Of a DNA stretch of 64,000 nt, positions 39,965 to 52,347 are shown piece after piece. The first letter of the stretch is position 1; the number at the start of each line of letters is the position of its first letter. The translations under genes and the position numbers were made by a program. Where the stretch lies: positions 253,890,001 to 253,954,000 of the forward strand of contig OZ024742.1 in the NCBI GenBank assembly GCA_964016885.1. The letters run 5' to 3'. The stretch comes from Eledone cirrhosa (lineage: Eukaryota). The notes under the pieces were generated by a model that did not search any database, was not told the origin of the DNA, and saw nothing but the letters and a program-made list of their open reading frames with translations.

Positions 39965-40430
39965 TAGTCCTTCATCAGTGATCTTCCAACCTTCATTGGT
40001 ATTTCATCGCTTTAAAGACCATATACCTCCGGTTGGTGCGAGCAACGGTTAAAGAAAGTCATTGGGACACGTAAATAGGGGGAAGAAGCGAGACAGTAAA
40101 CAATCAAAGATGGTAATGCAACGAAAAGTGAGGAAGAAGGAATCAAGTCCCTGAAATCGATGAACATAAGTTCTGTGAAATCGTAAACAAGAGGGAATAA
40201 AGACCATCCGACTTGGTCGAAGTGTGCGTAAGGAAAGAATCTCGCACAGGTCAAACGGGAGGAAGTAGGAGAGGGAGTAGCAGAGAGTGAGTGAATGAAA
40301 GTGTGAGGAAGAGGCTAACAGAGAGAGTGACTGTTAGAGGGGGTAAAAGGAAGTGAGAGATACAGAGAAAAGGGGAAGCAGTAAGAAAGAAACAGACGGG
40401 TCACAGCGGAGGAAATTATATATGAATATG
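39965..40430 (-). mobile_element. Possible Penelope-like pLTR fragment ending in a hammerhead 5' half
   Basis: Minus strand is pyrimidine-rich and ends at GATCA-CTGATGA-AGGACT, then stops at simple repeats. Confidence 0.35.
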
Positions 40431-40465
40431 AAAACATGGCGTGCTGCGTGGTTGAAAATGGGTTA

Positions 40466-41175
40466 AGTCATTCATTGAGCAACATCGGTGAAGTTGGCAC
40501 CCTTAACTCACGGTTGGGTGCGGATGCATTCATGTATATGTGTGTGTCCGCATGTATCTGTGTGTTTCTAAATATATTGTTAATAACTCCCTCTGGTCGA
40601 GCAATCTTTGAAGTGTGGGGACTGCTGGAAAGCTTCCATTACTCATACTTCTCGCCTCCTTCACCACCTCTTCTACGGCTTCGATATGAATACCCCCTCC
40701 GCCTCCGTGGTATTTTCTTCGGGGTTATAAGAGGCTTAGCTCTGTTTCTCGACCGTTATATCGCGTGACTATCTCCCCCTCCGCCTTTTGGGATTCTTTC
40801 TCACGTCGTGTAGACGCGTTCTTGAGACTAGTAAAATGAGGTATCCTCTTGATAAGTCGGCAGACCTCGCAGGGACTCTATATCTTTATGATGTATTGTT
40901 TTTGTTTATGCCACGAAACTACGTAGTCGAGGAATCTAGGAGCAGTTTAGGTATGATACATTTTATTACTAATTATATCTAAATGTTTCTTCTCTCTTCA
41001 TAATGTATTTTTAACTCTGATACTGGTTCAGTCTAGTTCAACCGGATTGGTCTGTCCCAGTCATTCATTGAGCAACATCGGTGAAGTTGGCACCCTTAAC
41101 TCACGGTTGGGTGCGGATGCATTCATGTATATGTGTGTGTCCGCATGTATCTGTGTGTTTCTAAATATATTGTTA
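40466..41175 (+). mobile_element. 593-bp monomer plus 117-bp exact terminal redundancy, hammerhead-bearing (retrozyme/pLTR-like)
   Basis: 40466-40582 is identical by eye to 41059-41175; internal hammerhead; TATA-like TTATAAGAGG at ~40725; right end runs into (TA)n. Confidence 0.75.
40844..40933 (+). ncRNA. Type I hammerhead ribozyme with U3-A8 variant core and long stem II loop
   Basis: TCCTC-TTGATAA-GT(C)GGCA[loop]TGCCAC-GAA-ACTACGTAGT-C-GAGGA: stems I, II and III all close, with a GUC cleavage triplet at 40926-40928. Confidence 0.7.
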
Positions 41176-41364
41176 TATATATATATATATGTATATAGTA
41201 TGGTATGGTCCTGTAACTCCTGATAGAGTCATAGCGGTGTTGTATTTACATACAGTGTTTTTTTGGCATGCACTACAGGCCTGAATAGAGCAGATTTTTT
41301 CTAGAGAAAGATAAGAAGTGAGAGAGAGGAAATGAGAAAGAGTTATAGAGGAACAAATTACACC

Positions 41365-41495
41365 AATTATTGACCTCGAAAGGATGCTAGGTAAAGTTGA
41401 CCTCGACATGATTTGAACTCAGAGGGAAGAGCCTGGAACAAATACCATGAAGTATTCTATCTGACATTTTAATGACTCTGCCAATTTGCTGCCTA
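41365..41495 (-). mobile_element. Older tRNA-derived SINE (head and central domain)
   Basis: Minus strand GGCAGCAAATTGGCAGAG...TGAGTTCAAATCATGTCGAGGTCAACTTTACCTAGCATCCTTTCGAGGTCAATAA. Confidence 0.75.
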
Positions 41496-41574
41496 TCTAT
41501 CTATCTGTATAGCTTTGAGAGGTTTTGGCCAGTATTGGCCCAGGCCATGTCTAACTTAATAACACCACCTGGCA

Positions 41575-41606
<32 letters not shown>

Positions 41607-41689
41607 ATGATGATGATATATATATATATATATATATACACAGTTTACTCAGCTGTAGAAATGAGATGATAGGGACTGGGGTCCCTATC

Positions 41690-41860
41690 ATTCCACTGCA
41701 AAGTGGTCGTGGAGGTGCCACGGCAAAAAAGCACCCAGCACTCACTGTAAATGAGGTTGGTGTTAGGAAGGGCATCCAGCTGTAGAAATCAAGCCAGCAT
41801 CAGTTCCCGTCCCACCCTTGCAAGCAGGGAAAAGTGGACGTAAAATGATGATGATGATGA
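41690..41860 (+). mobile_element. Short RTE-related 3' module, (GAT)n tail followed by (TA)n
   Basis: Near-identical to 30878-31010; its upstream part matches the RTE 3' UTR at 58755-58900. Confidence 0.85.
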
Positions 41861-41923
41861 TATATATATATATATATATATATAGTTAAAAGAATAGAGG
41901 TGTAACACACAAGTTATTATATA

Positions 41924-43127
<1,204 letters not shown>

Positions 43128-43133
43128 ATATAT

Positions 43134-43351
43134 ATAGGAAAAGAATTAGGACCCCGACGGCTGAGCTCTGGCCATTTCGACAGCTAGATCCGAACTAAGC
43201 CAGCAGTCTTAGTTCGGATCTAGCTGTTGAAATGGCCGGAGCTCAGCTGTCGAGGTCCTGACACTTTTCCTATTACCCACTCTACTACCCTAAGTATCAA
43301 GTACTCTGGTGCATTTTGGTCCACCTTGTTTCTTACAACACTTTCTTTGTT
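43134..43351 (+). mobile_element. Inverted-head element (hairpin 43134-43273 plus ~80-bp one-sided extension), Penelope-like
   Basis: ~65-bp inverted arms with 8-nt spacer; homologous to 60565-60823; flanked by (TA)n on both sides. Confidence 0.65.
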
Positions 43352-44788
43352 ATATATATATATGTGTGTGTGACATCATCATATATATATATATCATATA
43401 TATAACTTCTTTTGTCCAGGTAGCCTGATCTCTCACAATTGAAACAATGTGGAATTACTATTGAGTAAATCAAGAACACACAATACATGTTATATACATT
43501 TTTCATCTATTTCCATATAGTACTTTCAATTATGAAACACCAAGAAGTTTCATCACACATCTGTAACCTAATTTCTAATGTAATATTACATCATTGTCAG
43601 TTGTTTTATCTCCATGTTCCATAATGGTGTTGTTGAATGGGTTGTCATGCGCTGAGACAAGACAAGACAGATGACCATGTTTGGCTAATATGTTTCATTT
43701 TGGCATAGTCTTTACAGTAGGGGCCCTTTAAGTATGCCAACCACTTCACAGTCTTCACTCAATCCTTTTTAGCATGGGACCAACACAACCACTCTGTAGA
43801 ATGCACTGGGGGAATTTTATCAGCACTACCACTTGACATAGAGGAGTGTGTGTATATTATGACAGCACCAGAACTACCACTTTACAGGGTGTATTATGTG
43901 TATTTTATCAAGGTACCAACTCTGGCATGTTTTTATAAGTCCCAAGAAAATAAATGGAAACAGCGATATATTCTCAAAGATATATTATATTGTCTTAAAC
44001 AAGTTCTAAAATATATGGAATATAAAACATAGACATGTCATGGCTCCAGGGAAAGCTATAAGTCAATGATATTCACATTTATTTTCCAATAATTATTGTA
44101 AAGATTTGTTAATGTATCAATCTCAAAAGTAGATATTCAAAATTTCACAAATGAAAAGATATGTACATTATTTAACAAAAATATATTAACAGTTTTGGTA
44201 CTAATCTGCTTAAAACCACCTAGGTTCTATGATACAAGCTGTTTGTTTTAAAGTGTTTATATTAAGCTAAATATCTTCCATCATAATTTTATGTAAGAAT
44301 ATTTATGTTCCAAACACCAGCTTAATAATGAGAAAATTAGTTATATTAGTAAGTTTGAAAACTAGAAATAAATGGGTGAATGATAAAGTGCATACGAAAT
44401 AATGTGATCATACTTGTGATGAACTTTTCATGAAAATAGTTAATAAAATACATGAGTGTAAGTCTGTGTCAGCAAAAGTCATTTGATATACAATGGTATG
44501 CTAAGACGAAGATTTCAAGCAAAATTCTTTCTTCAAAAGCATTCAGTACATTTAATTTTTTCCTCTTCCAAGAATATCTTTGATCGATACGGGAATATTC
44601 GCATCTAATCACAGGATATAATTGATTAGATTTTCACAAAAAAAAGCAAACAATATACACACACACACTTGTGTGTATATATATATATATTATATATATA
44701 TATATATATATAGATATATAGATATATATACATACACATAAACACACATATGCTAGCATGAAATTTGAACATTAAACGATGATGAGGG

Positions 44789-44826
<38 letters not shown>

Positions 44827-46147
44827 GATATATATACATATATAATCATCATATATATATATATATATGTTAAGAACATATGGTTTCAACTCTTGAATTG
44901 AAAGTGTGCCCATTACTTGTGGCAATACTAAAGATTGTTGCTATGGTCACTTTAGTAAAGATAGAGGCTATAATGACAAGAGTAAAAGTGGTTGCTATAA
45001 TGATAATAGTAAAAGTGATTGCTATGATAATAATATCACCAATTGAAACAAAATGATTATAGTGAGATGTGATAATAAAAATATGATAACAGTGATTATG
45101 ATTATGAGAATTGTGAAGATAATGGTGACACCAAGGATAGTAATGATGATGACAGTGATGGTGGTGATGGCTGTCAATGTGGTGGTGGTGGTGATGCTGG
45201 AGCATGTGATAATGTTAATAAATATTTAACAGTTAAGATGTGTTATTGTTAGTAGCGCCATGAGTGACCAGTTCTGTAGAAAGATGTGGTAAGAACATCA
45301 ACAACGACTTTGACTTGTTTTACATTATTTATTAACAAGGTTCAGCTATGTAGAGCTGAGTAGAGCAGGCATGCCAAGAGTAATAAAACAAACGAATTAA
45401 GGATTTCAAAAGGCACGGTCCACTGGCTGAAGTGTTGCCAGGCCGTGGTTAAGTTGTTGTGTTACATGTTGGCTAGTGATTTCACGACGAAAGAAAGTTA
45501 GTTGTTTACCTTTTTACAGTCAGGATGCGAGAGACAGATTTCTCAAATCAAAGCAGGATTTTTTCCCTTAGGGCGCGTAGAGATACATTCTCTTCTACTG
45601 GCACTGATTGGCTGAGCTGAGCCAAATCACGCACAGAGAATGTATGTGAACCCGCGGAATGTAGGCCACTACAAATATGACAATGATGGTTGATGTTGAT
45701 GATAATGTTAGTGCTGATGATTATAACGATGGTGATGATGATGATGATGATGATGGTTGGCATGATGATGATGATAATAATGGTGATATTATTGATGATG
45801 ATATTATTTGCTGACAGCTGCACCTGTTGATGAAGATATTCTCACAATGTATGATAAAGCTAAGTAAATCAACTTTTTTTCAGTTCCATCTGGTTGAAAC
45901 ACACACACATACATGTATACATAAATACATCATTCATACATACATACATACGTACATACATACATCATACATATAAACATAGATACATACATACAACACA
46001 CATGCATACATATATCTCTAAGAGGTACAGAATTACACACAGAGATATCACATCCATATCTTAGCATCACCTGCAAGACAGATTTATTAATGTTTGTGTA
46101 GTAACTTAGAGAACAATGTTCAGACACAGAACTTTTTCCTTTCTTAA

Positions 46148-46946
46148 CCCTTTTTAATATCAACCTGTCCAAAATATCCTCTGGTTCTCTGAAACAAAAC
46201 CAACTATTTTAAAGGATTCCTATTTAGATTAAAATCTTCCTACATAATTTACAAAGGAACCATTTATTAAGTTACGTTACAAATACTATCTTAGTAAAAA
46301 AAACAATAAATAATTTTAATAAATCCATATTTTTAATAAAAGAAGCTACCAATGTGTTTAAATGATCAAGAATTTGAAAGTCATTGAGAACTTAGGCACT
46401 ATTAAATCCTGTACATCTGATCTCCACCATAAAATCAGAATGTCAGCAGCCTGTCTGAGGAAGGAGCCCCACAAGGTGGAGTTGCTGTTGCAGTGGGTGT
46501 TGCTGGCCATTGTCCATGGAAGTGCCTTTGCAATTTTTTCCATGGGGCACAGCAGAACATCACCCCAACCTAGGTGTAGAGTTTGGCACCCTCTCTCCAC
46601 CCCCCTCTCTCTCTTCTGTTGCCTAATAGCCCTTGCCTTTTTTTGTCTCCTCTTTTCCTCTCATTTATGGAATTTATAGTCCTTTCCTTTACTCTCCTCT
46701 ACTGCCAGATCCACCCTTTTTTACCCCCGCCCCCTTTTTTTATTACTTAATTTTATTTTTATCCCTTTTAAATATTTTCGTCATTGCATAGCTTTTGTTA
46801 AATAAATACTCGGTTATTGCCTAAAATAACCTTTAATAATGGTTCTTATATAAAATTATAATAGTTTTTAGATAAATATAAACACTTTAAACACAATCTT
46901 GTATCATAGAACCAGGGAGGTTTCAGGCAGTTTGGTATCAAAAGGG
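46148..46946. mobile_element. TTAA-flanked piggyBac-like MITE, interrupted internally by a LINE 3' remnant
   Basis: TTAA-CCCTTTTTAATATCAACCTGTCC...GGCAGTTTGGTATCAAAAGGG-TTAA imperfect TIRs; related fragments near 25660, 36400, 44200, 47160, 55390, 59450 and 60030. Confidence 0.6.
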
Positions 46947-47519
46947 TTAATTTATTTTAATAAAATATATCTAATTAGAACTACAGTACAAAATGGATTT
47001 TGTGCAGAGAGCTGGCACTAATACTGAAGCATTTAATCCAAAATTGTAATGACTCAGCCATTTTGCCGCCTAGAGTTCAATTAAACAGGAAGGAATGAAA
47101 AATTAGGCAGAAGGTAATGAATAAAACTAAACAAGGGACAAAACGAATTGCTATTAACCCTTTCATTTCCATATTTTTAATGAAAGACATAGCCTAAGTT
47201 ATTAACCTATTCATTACAGAATTTCTAATGAAAGACACTCTCCTGTAATTTTCATACAATTTTGAAAATAATCAAGATGTTGGAGGGATTTAGTAATATA
47301 ACTAAATTAAATAGATATAAAATGCTACATGTTTGCAAAAGACCTGCTAGCCACTTTTTCCAAACTTCTAAGCAGTATTTTCCTGTGTTTGAGATTTTCT
47401 ACATTTTCTAAGGATTTCAACTCACTCGGTGCTATAACACACACACACAGACACACAGACACACACACACACACACATACACACACATATATAGGGTGGG
47501 TAAAATATTCAAGATCAAT

Positions 47520-48060
47520 GGATGGATTCTCTTCAGTGGTCTCAGTGCCATCTTTAGCATCCTCGTGCGGCACCCATCCACCATCTGAGTGAATTTTTTG
47601 GTAAGTGTCCAAGTCTCAGACCTGTACAGCAGCATAGACTCAACTGTAATGATGAGAAATGGATCTTCAGGTCTTTATGAAGTTCTGATTTCCACACTGA
47701 CTGCAAACTATGCCACACCGCCCAGGTTTTGCTCTTCCTCTCTACTACATCATCCTCTGTGTTCCTAATCTTTGCTCCCAGATACAGGAAGTCCTCAAAC
47801 ATCTTTAGTGGCTTCGCTCCCAGATTCATAATCTTCTCTGGCTCTTTGATGTTCTCCAGCTATTTCATCTTACTCTCATTCATTTTCAGCCCTACACTCA
47901 TCGACACAGTCTCCACCTCTCATGTCAACTCCTCTGCCTCCTTCACTGTAATTTTCACCAGAGCTATGTCATCAGCAAATTCAGCATCTGATTTTTTTTA
48001 GCCTTAACTCTCCTGCTCTGAGCCAGTGTTACAGTGAAGCCCGAGTCCTGGGTATGGCAT
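47520..48060 (-). mobile_element. Old RTE-clade LINE remnant of a different subfamily
   Basis: DAEFADDIAL, GLKMNESK, EDFLYLGA and MLLYRSETWTLTKK motifs across ORFs 47432-47829. Confidence 0.8.
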
Positions 48061-48836
48061 TAAACTGTATTCTGTGGCATGCCTCCAGTTTGGAAGTTGA
48101 GGAACTATGGCGAATGTGGAATTTACCCCTTAGTTGTCATCAGTCCAAGGGCTGCTCTGACTTGGAATGACAGTACCTGTTAGGGCCACATTTATGGGTC
48201 AAATAATTAGCTTACTCGAGTAGAGCCAGTAAGGTATTATCAGCCTTGGAGAGAACCATGGAAAGTTTGATAAACAGAACTAGGGTTAGAGACCCTAACT
48301 ATACTGTCAAGGAGCAGTCAGGTCATTATGACTCTGCTGGTTTAGAGCCACAGGGAAGGCCATGGGCTGTCTCCAAGACACAACAGAAAAATATAAAGAA
48401 CTCAGTTTTGTCCTGCAGAAGAGCCATTAAATCTGGCATGCTAATATCATCATCATCATCATCATCAACGTTTAACGTCCGTGTTCCACGCTTGCATGGG
48501 TTTGGACGGGGGTAGTCCCACTTGAGGCAAGAGTGATTGTCTTGCTCGCATAGGACTGTCTGGGAGGTTTTCTACAGTTGGATGCCCTTCCTAACACCAA
48601 CCACATTTACAGTGTGGGTCTGGGAGGTTTTTACCGTGTTGCCTACACGGCCACATTACAGCGTGGACTGTGTTTTTTTGTCGTGACACCTACACGATCT
48701 CATTTGTTTCGGCCTCGATGGCGCGGCACCAACATAACTTTACATAGAACGGGGTGGTGTGGATGGGGTGGGGGTGGTGGGATGGGGTGTATTTTGTTAG
48801 AGATGCCTACTGGCTGGAGTAGGTTTTACTATATAT

Positions 48837-49560
48837 TTAGGTAAGGCGGGTCTTCTCTGTTACTGAGTACCGCCAAAGGTCTCGGTCCAGTGACATTGTC
48901 TTGGAGAGGTGTAAGTGTGTGATGTCGGAGTTTATCAGCTCGTCCCAGATTTTTCTAGGTCTGCCTATTCCGTGACTACCGTCTATCTTTATTGCCCTGC
49001 ACTTTGTTATACAGCTATCGACTTTCATGCGCATCACGTGTCCATACCAACGTAGCCTTCTCTAGAGTAAACAACATCTGATCCCTCTTATCTCTAATTT
49101 TTTCCTTAGTTCGTTTATGCTTTGCCGTTCACGTATATTACTGTTACACATCCAGCGGAGCATGCAAGCTTCGTTCCTCTCTAGTCTGCGTATATCCTCT
49201 GCACACAATGCCCAGGTCTCACTGCCATGCAGCATTGCTGTTCGTATGCAGGCATCGTACAACCTGCCTTTCATTTTTAGGGAGAACCCTTTAGCAGCTA
49301 ATAGTGGTATAAGCTCTCTGAACTTTTTCCAACCAGTTCTGACTCTAGCTACAGTACTTTCAGAGCACCCTCCCCCACTGCTGATTTTATCGCCCAGGTA
49401 ACGGAAGCTGTCCACTATTTCTATAGAACCCTCTGCGCAATTGAAAGAGCTAGTATTTTGTGGGCACTTGCTGCTACTTATTGCACCAGCCACATGTAAA
49501 ATCTATGTTCTTAGTTAGCTTACCTGTGATCCCACTACATCTTTTATGCACCCATACTTT
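48837..49560 (-). pseudogene. Disrupted C-terminal continuation of the RTE ORF
   Basis: TGA replaces Cys at 49561-63; an ~8-bp deletion shifts frame near 49490 (versus the copy at ~60995); in-frame TAG replaces Glu at 49062-64. Confidence 0.85.
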
Positions 49561-52065
49561 TCATTTAGGACATAAAATGGAGTTTCTACCTACGCCTTTC
49601 CTACACACCGAGCACGACCATTTCCCAGAAGGGACCGCCGCCTTGTTTTCTTTCCTACAAACTAGTACTTTGGTCTTAGCCAGGTTAATTTTAAGTCCTT
49701 TTGACTCTAGGCCGTGCTTCCATGTTTGGAATTTCTTCTCTAGCTCGGCCATTGATTCCGCTATGAGTGTCAGGTCGTCTGCGTATAGGAGTTCCCATGG
49801 GCAGCCTGTCTTGAACTCCTCTGTTATAGCCTGAAGGGCAATAATAAATAGTAGTGGGCTGAGAACAGAGCCCTGATGGACGCCAACTTTTACGTTAAAC
49901 TCTTCACTATATTCGTTGTTAATTCTAACCTTGCTGACTGTTTCTTTATACATGGCTTGTATAGCCCTCACAAGCCATTCGTCAACGCCTAGTTTTCTAA
50001 GAGCCCACCAGATAATGGAGCGGGGGACTCTGTCGAAGGCTTTCTCCAAGTCGACAAAAGCTAAGTAGAGGGGTTTACCTTTAGCTAGGTACTTCTCCTG
50101 TAGTTGTCGTACTATGAAAAGAGCGTCTGTGGTACTTTTGCCTGACACAAACCCGAACTGCATTTCATCTAGGTCAATTCTCTCTCTGATTAGTTGCGCT
50201 ATTACTTTTTCCGTGACCTTCATGACCTGGTCGATTAATTTAATGCCTCTATAGTTACTCCTATCTAGGGCGTCTCCTTTACCCTTATAACAGTTAACGA
50301 TGATGCTGCTATGCCAGTCCTTCGGAACAACCCCATTCTGTACGACTTGGTTAACTATGCGGGTGACCATGGTGTGTCCCACCGTGCCACATGCCTTCAG
50401 CATCTCAGCAACTATTTCCGAAGGCCCAGCCGCCTTACCCGTCTTCATATCCTTGATTGCCTTACTTATTATACTCCCCTCGACTAACACTGCTGGTCCC
50501 TCTATTGGGTCGATATGGGGGAGACTGTCTTTCTCCCATTTATTCTCCTCATTTAGTAGCCTTTCATAGTGACACTTCCAAGCTACCTTCTTATCAGCGT
50601 CGGTGATGGCAAGTGTGCCATCGTCGTTTAGTACACACTTCTCCCCGACAATATCACGGTTTTCCTTGACGCATTGCCTAGCAATCCTGAACACCTCACG
50701 TTTTTGGTCATCGCGTTGTAGAACATGCTTGAACTTTCTTTCCTCAGCTTCCCTTCTTGCTAAGTACACTTGTCTCCTAGCTTCCCTCCTGGCCACTTGA
50801 TAGTCTTCTCTACTTCCCCCATCCCGCCATACTTTCCAAGCCTGCTTTTTGGCCTTAATTGACCCCTCCACCTTACTGTTCCACCACCATGTTACTCTCC
50901 TCCTGCCTACAGGCCTGCTCCAGCCACAGACTTCGTCTGTCACCAACAGCAGGTTTGCTTTCAGAAATTCCCACTCTCCCTCTATATTGTCCGACTCTAA
51001 ATGTTCTTCCTTACTGTCGAAAGCATCAAGTAATATGCTTTTAAATTTATTACTGGCTGTGGGGTCCTTTAACTTCCATATTTTTCTCCTAAGAATAGTC
51101 CTCCTCTGTTGTCGAATTCGTATCGTCCTGACTATGAGGTCGCTAACTATGAGGCTATGTTGGGAGGTGCATTCTTCATGGGGGAGGGATTTAGTGTTTA
51201 CAACAGACACTCTGTCACGTCTTCTGGTAAGGATATAATCTACCTGGCTTGTGTGTTCCCCGGATCTATAGGTGATCAGGTGATTGTCACGTTTTTTGAA
51301 GTTAGTGTTACAGATAGTTAGGTTATTTGCATCACAGAATTCCAGGATTCTGGAGCCTTCCTCATTTCTAGTACCAAACCCATAGCCTCCATGGATTTCG
51401 TCGTAGCCGTCACAATGTTGTCCAACGTGACCATTTAGGTCGCCTGCGATAATTATATAGTCACTGTCGGATATTTGGGAGGTAGTTAGCATCAGTGTCT
51501 CATAGAATCTGTCTTTTATAGTGCCGGGCAGTCCGGATTGGGGTGCGTACGCAGATATTACTGTCACCGTTGTTCTATTGAGGACAAGTCGTATTTTAAT
51601 TATTCTGTCGTTCACTCTATTTACGTCTATTATCTTATCTGCCCACTTTTCTGCTACCATGATTCCTACTCCACCCAGCCCATCGTCGTTTCCCACCCAG
51701 AAAAGCTTATAACATCGTTTTTTACCCTCAATGAACCTAGCAGACCCACCCCTCCACCTGGTCTCTTGAATACAACAAACATCGACCTCCTTACGTTCAA
51801 GCATTTCTACAACCTCGTTAGCGCGACCCTTTAGGGTGCCTACATTTATGGTACCAACTCTGAAGTTTTGGATTGCGTTTGGGGGTTGGGGGCGGTGAGG
51901 GGCGGGGGGCGATGGGGTTTTGTTAGCCGTCCGCGGTCGAAACAATGAGGAGTGCTCGCATTCTCGTCCAAGAGGTGAATTTGTCTTTATCTTTGGCATT
52001 GTCGCTGAGCGTCCAGATTTTTCTCTCTCTCTCCTCCACTCTCCAGGATTCCGCAGTCCATCCAT
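49561..52065 (-). CDS. RTE ORF: apurinic-like endonuclease plus reverse transcriptase (834 aa, ends at a premature TGA)
   Basis: APE motifs TINVGTL, CIQETRW, SAYAPQ, AGDLNGHV, QVDYIL, SQH; RT motifs NYRGIKL, QFGF, FVDLEKAFD, GVHQGSVLSPLLF, LLYADD, GLKINLAKT. Confidence 0.95.
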   Translation of the reverse strand: MDGLRNPGEWRREREKSGRSATMPKIKTNSPLGRECEHSSLFRPRTANKTPSPPAPHRPQPPNAIQNFRVGTINVGTLKGRANEVVEMLERKEVDVCCIQETRWRGGSARFIEGKKRCYKLFWVGNDDGLGGVGIMVAEKWADKIIDVNRVNDRIIKIRLVLNRTTVTVISAYAPQSGLPGTIKDRFYETLMLTTSQISDSDYIIIAGDLNGHVGQHCDGYDEIHGGYGFGTRNEEGSRILEFCDANNLTICNTNFKKRDNHLITYRSGEHTSQVDYILTRRRDRVSVVNTKSLPHEECTSQHSLIVSDLIVRTIRIRQQRRTILRRKIWKLKDPTASNKFKSILLDAFDSKEEHLESDNIEGEWEFLKANLLLVTDEVCGWSRPVGRRRVTWWWNSKVEGSIKAKKQAWKVWRDGGSREDYQVARREARRQVYLARREAEERKFKHVLQRDDQKREVFRIARQCVKENRDIVGEKCVLNDDGTLAITDADKKVAWKCHYERLLNEENKWEKDSLPHIDPIEGPAVLVEGSIISKAIKDMKTGKAAGPSEIVAEMLKACGTVGHTMVTRIVNQVVQNGVVPKDWHSSIIVNCYKGKGDALDRSNYRGIKLIDQVMKVTEKVIAQLIRERIDLDEMQFGFVSGKSTTDALFIVRQLQEKYLAKGKPLYLAFVDLEKAFDRVPRSIIWWALRKLGVDEWLVRAIQAMYKETVSKVRINNEYSEEFNVKVGVHQGSVLSPLLFIIALQAITEEFKTGCPWELLYADDLTLIAESMAELEKKFQTWKHGLESKGLKINLAKTKVLVCRKENKAAVPSGKWSCSVCRKGVGRNSILCPK

Positions 52066-52260
52066 CCATCATATATCGAAAGGCAACCAGGCAAGCGATA
52101 GTATAGGCGTATAGGCCTCTGGCTTCTGATTGGTCCGCGTAATAATACTGGTGATGCGTGGGGGCTCTGGTTTATGATTGGTCCACGTAATAGCAATGGT
52201 GGGGGTGGGAGGGAGGGGTGTTGGGTAGCTAGATAGAAGGTAATGATTGAATGGGGTCCT

Positions 52261-52262
<2 letters not shown>

Positions 52263-52347
<85 letters not shown>
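52263..52347. repeat. (TA)n microsatellite
   Basis: Direct reading. Confidence 0.95.

Larger units (their letters stand above)
48446..52262 (-). mobile_element. Near-full-length RTE-clade LINE (~3.8 kb): 5' UTR, APE-RT ORF, 3' UTR, (GAT)n tail
   Basis: 5' end abuts (TA)n at 52263; tail (CAT)n on plus at 48446-48466; ORF pieces 49561-52065, 49062-49493 and 48837-49037. Confidence 0.97.

Noticed and set aside
49117-52114. Plus-strand ORFs overlapping the RTE (and equivalents at 33972, 57544, 61149)
   Set aside because: Antisense shadows of the RTE coding sequence with no independent motifs.
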